64,000 bases of DNA. It comes from Tubiluchus corallicola (lineage: Eukaryota; Animalia; Priapulida). The translations under genes and the position numbers were made by a program. Shown piece after piece: positions 63,562-64,000 of the stretch. The stretch is from NCBI GenBank assembly GCA_030141605.1, contig JAQGDQ010000449.1, forward strand, positions 124,001 through 188,000. Direction: 5' to 3'. The notes beneath the pieces were generated by a model. It made no database searches. It was given only the letters and a program-made list of their open reading frames with translations, and was not told the origin of the DNA. The first letter of the stretch is position 1. Each line of letters opens with the position of its first letter.

Positions 63562-64000
63562 TTATAGATTTGACTTTGTTAACCAAGAAAACTCTTGTGC
63601 CTTACGCTGGGCTGTTTCACTAATCATGACATTGATAAATGAAGGTGTTGTTCGGTTAGAGAACGCTTTTCCTAGTGCTTCATGTAGCTCTTTGTGGGTC
63701 TTCACAAAAAATGCTTGCCCTCCAAAAGCTTTCAAGATTTTCTCATAGTGTGCTTCAGGCATTAATGAAGTTGGAGAGAGTGACAAGGTTGGATCGTCAT
63801 TCATTGCTTCTTCATAATCATCTTTGCTTTGCCCAAAAAAGATGCCATTGTTATTGATTACAATGAATATAATGGGTAGCTTGTATCTGCATACTGTTTC
63901 CATTTCCATTCCAGAGAACCCAATGGCACTATCTCCTTCTATGCAGACAATGCGATTTTGTGGATACAAGTCTTTACATACTAATGCTGCTGCTATGGCA
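63562..64000 (-). CDS. HACL1: 2-hydroxyacyl-CoA lyase 1, C-terminal part (gene continues beyond the window)
   Basis: Open frame from the window edge: AIAAAL...IVCIEGDSAIGFSGMEMET...IVINNNGI (TPP-binding GDS...NN motif), ending RKAQEFSWLTKSNL* with a PTS1-like SNL. Confidence 0.9.
   Translation of the reverse strand, partial: AIAAALVCKDLYPQNRIVCIEGDSAIGFSGMEMETVCRYKLPIIFIVINNNGIFFGQSKDDYEEAMNDDPTLSLSPTSLMPEAHYEKILKAFGGQAFFVKTHKELHEALGKAFSNRTTPSFINVMISETAQRKAQEFSWLTKSNL

Overview
AT-rich, intron-containing animal (invertebrate-like) genomic DNA, not prokaryotic. Four protein-coding genes were assembled by hand from GT/AG splice sites and reading phase. (1) A complete striated-muscle-type myosin II heavy chain (minus strand, 16 coding exons, about 1959 aa) with apparent alternative C-terminal tailpieces. 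(2) A complete mitochondrial carbamoyl-phosphate synthetase of the CPS1/CPS III lineage (minus strand, 34 coding exons, about 1511 aa) that keeps the glutaminase Cys and appears to use one GC-AG intron. (3) Head-to-head with it, a small stand-alone SRA/YDG methyl-cytosine-reader gene (plus strand, 7 exons, about 329 aa). (4) The 3' end of HACL1 (minus strand). Introns and intergenic DNA hold decayed LINE fragments, several MITEs and microsatellites. The most unusual signals are an 8-unit two-motif array (TGCACGAGTGTGG.../TTYTGCATG) directly behind the myosin loop-1 splice donor, a GGGGP break in the myosin rod near skip 2, and the architecture of the SRA-only protein (CDCA7-like helix, RRSARL, DSGYDS). 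All family assignments come from recalled sequence motifs; no database search was run.
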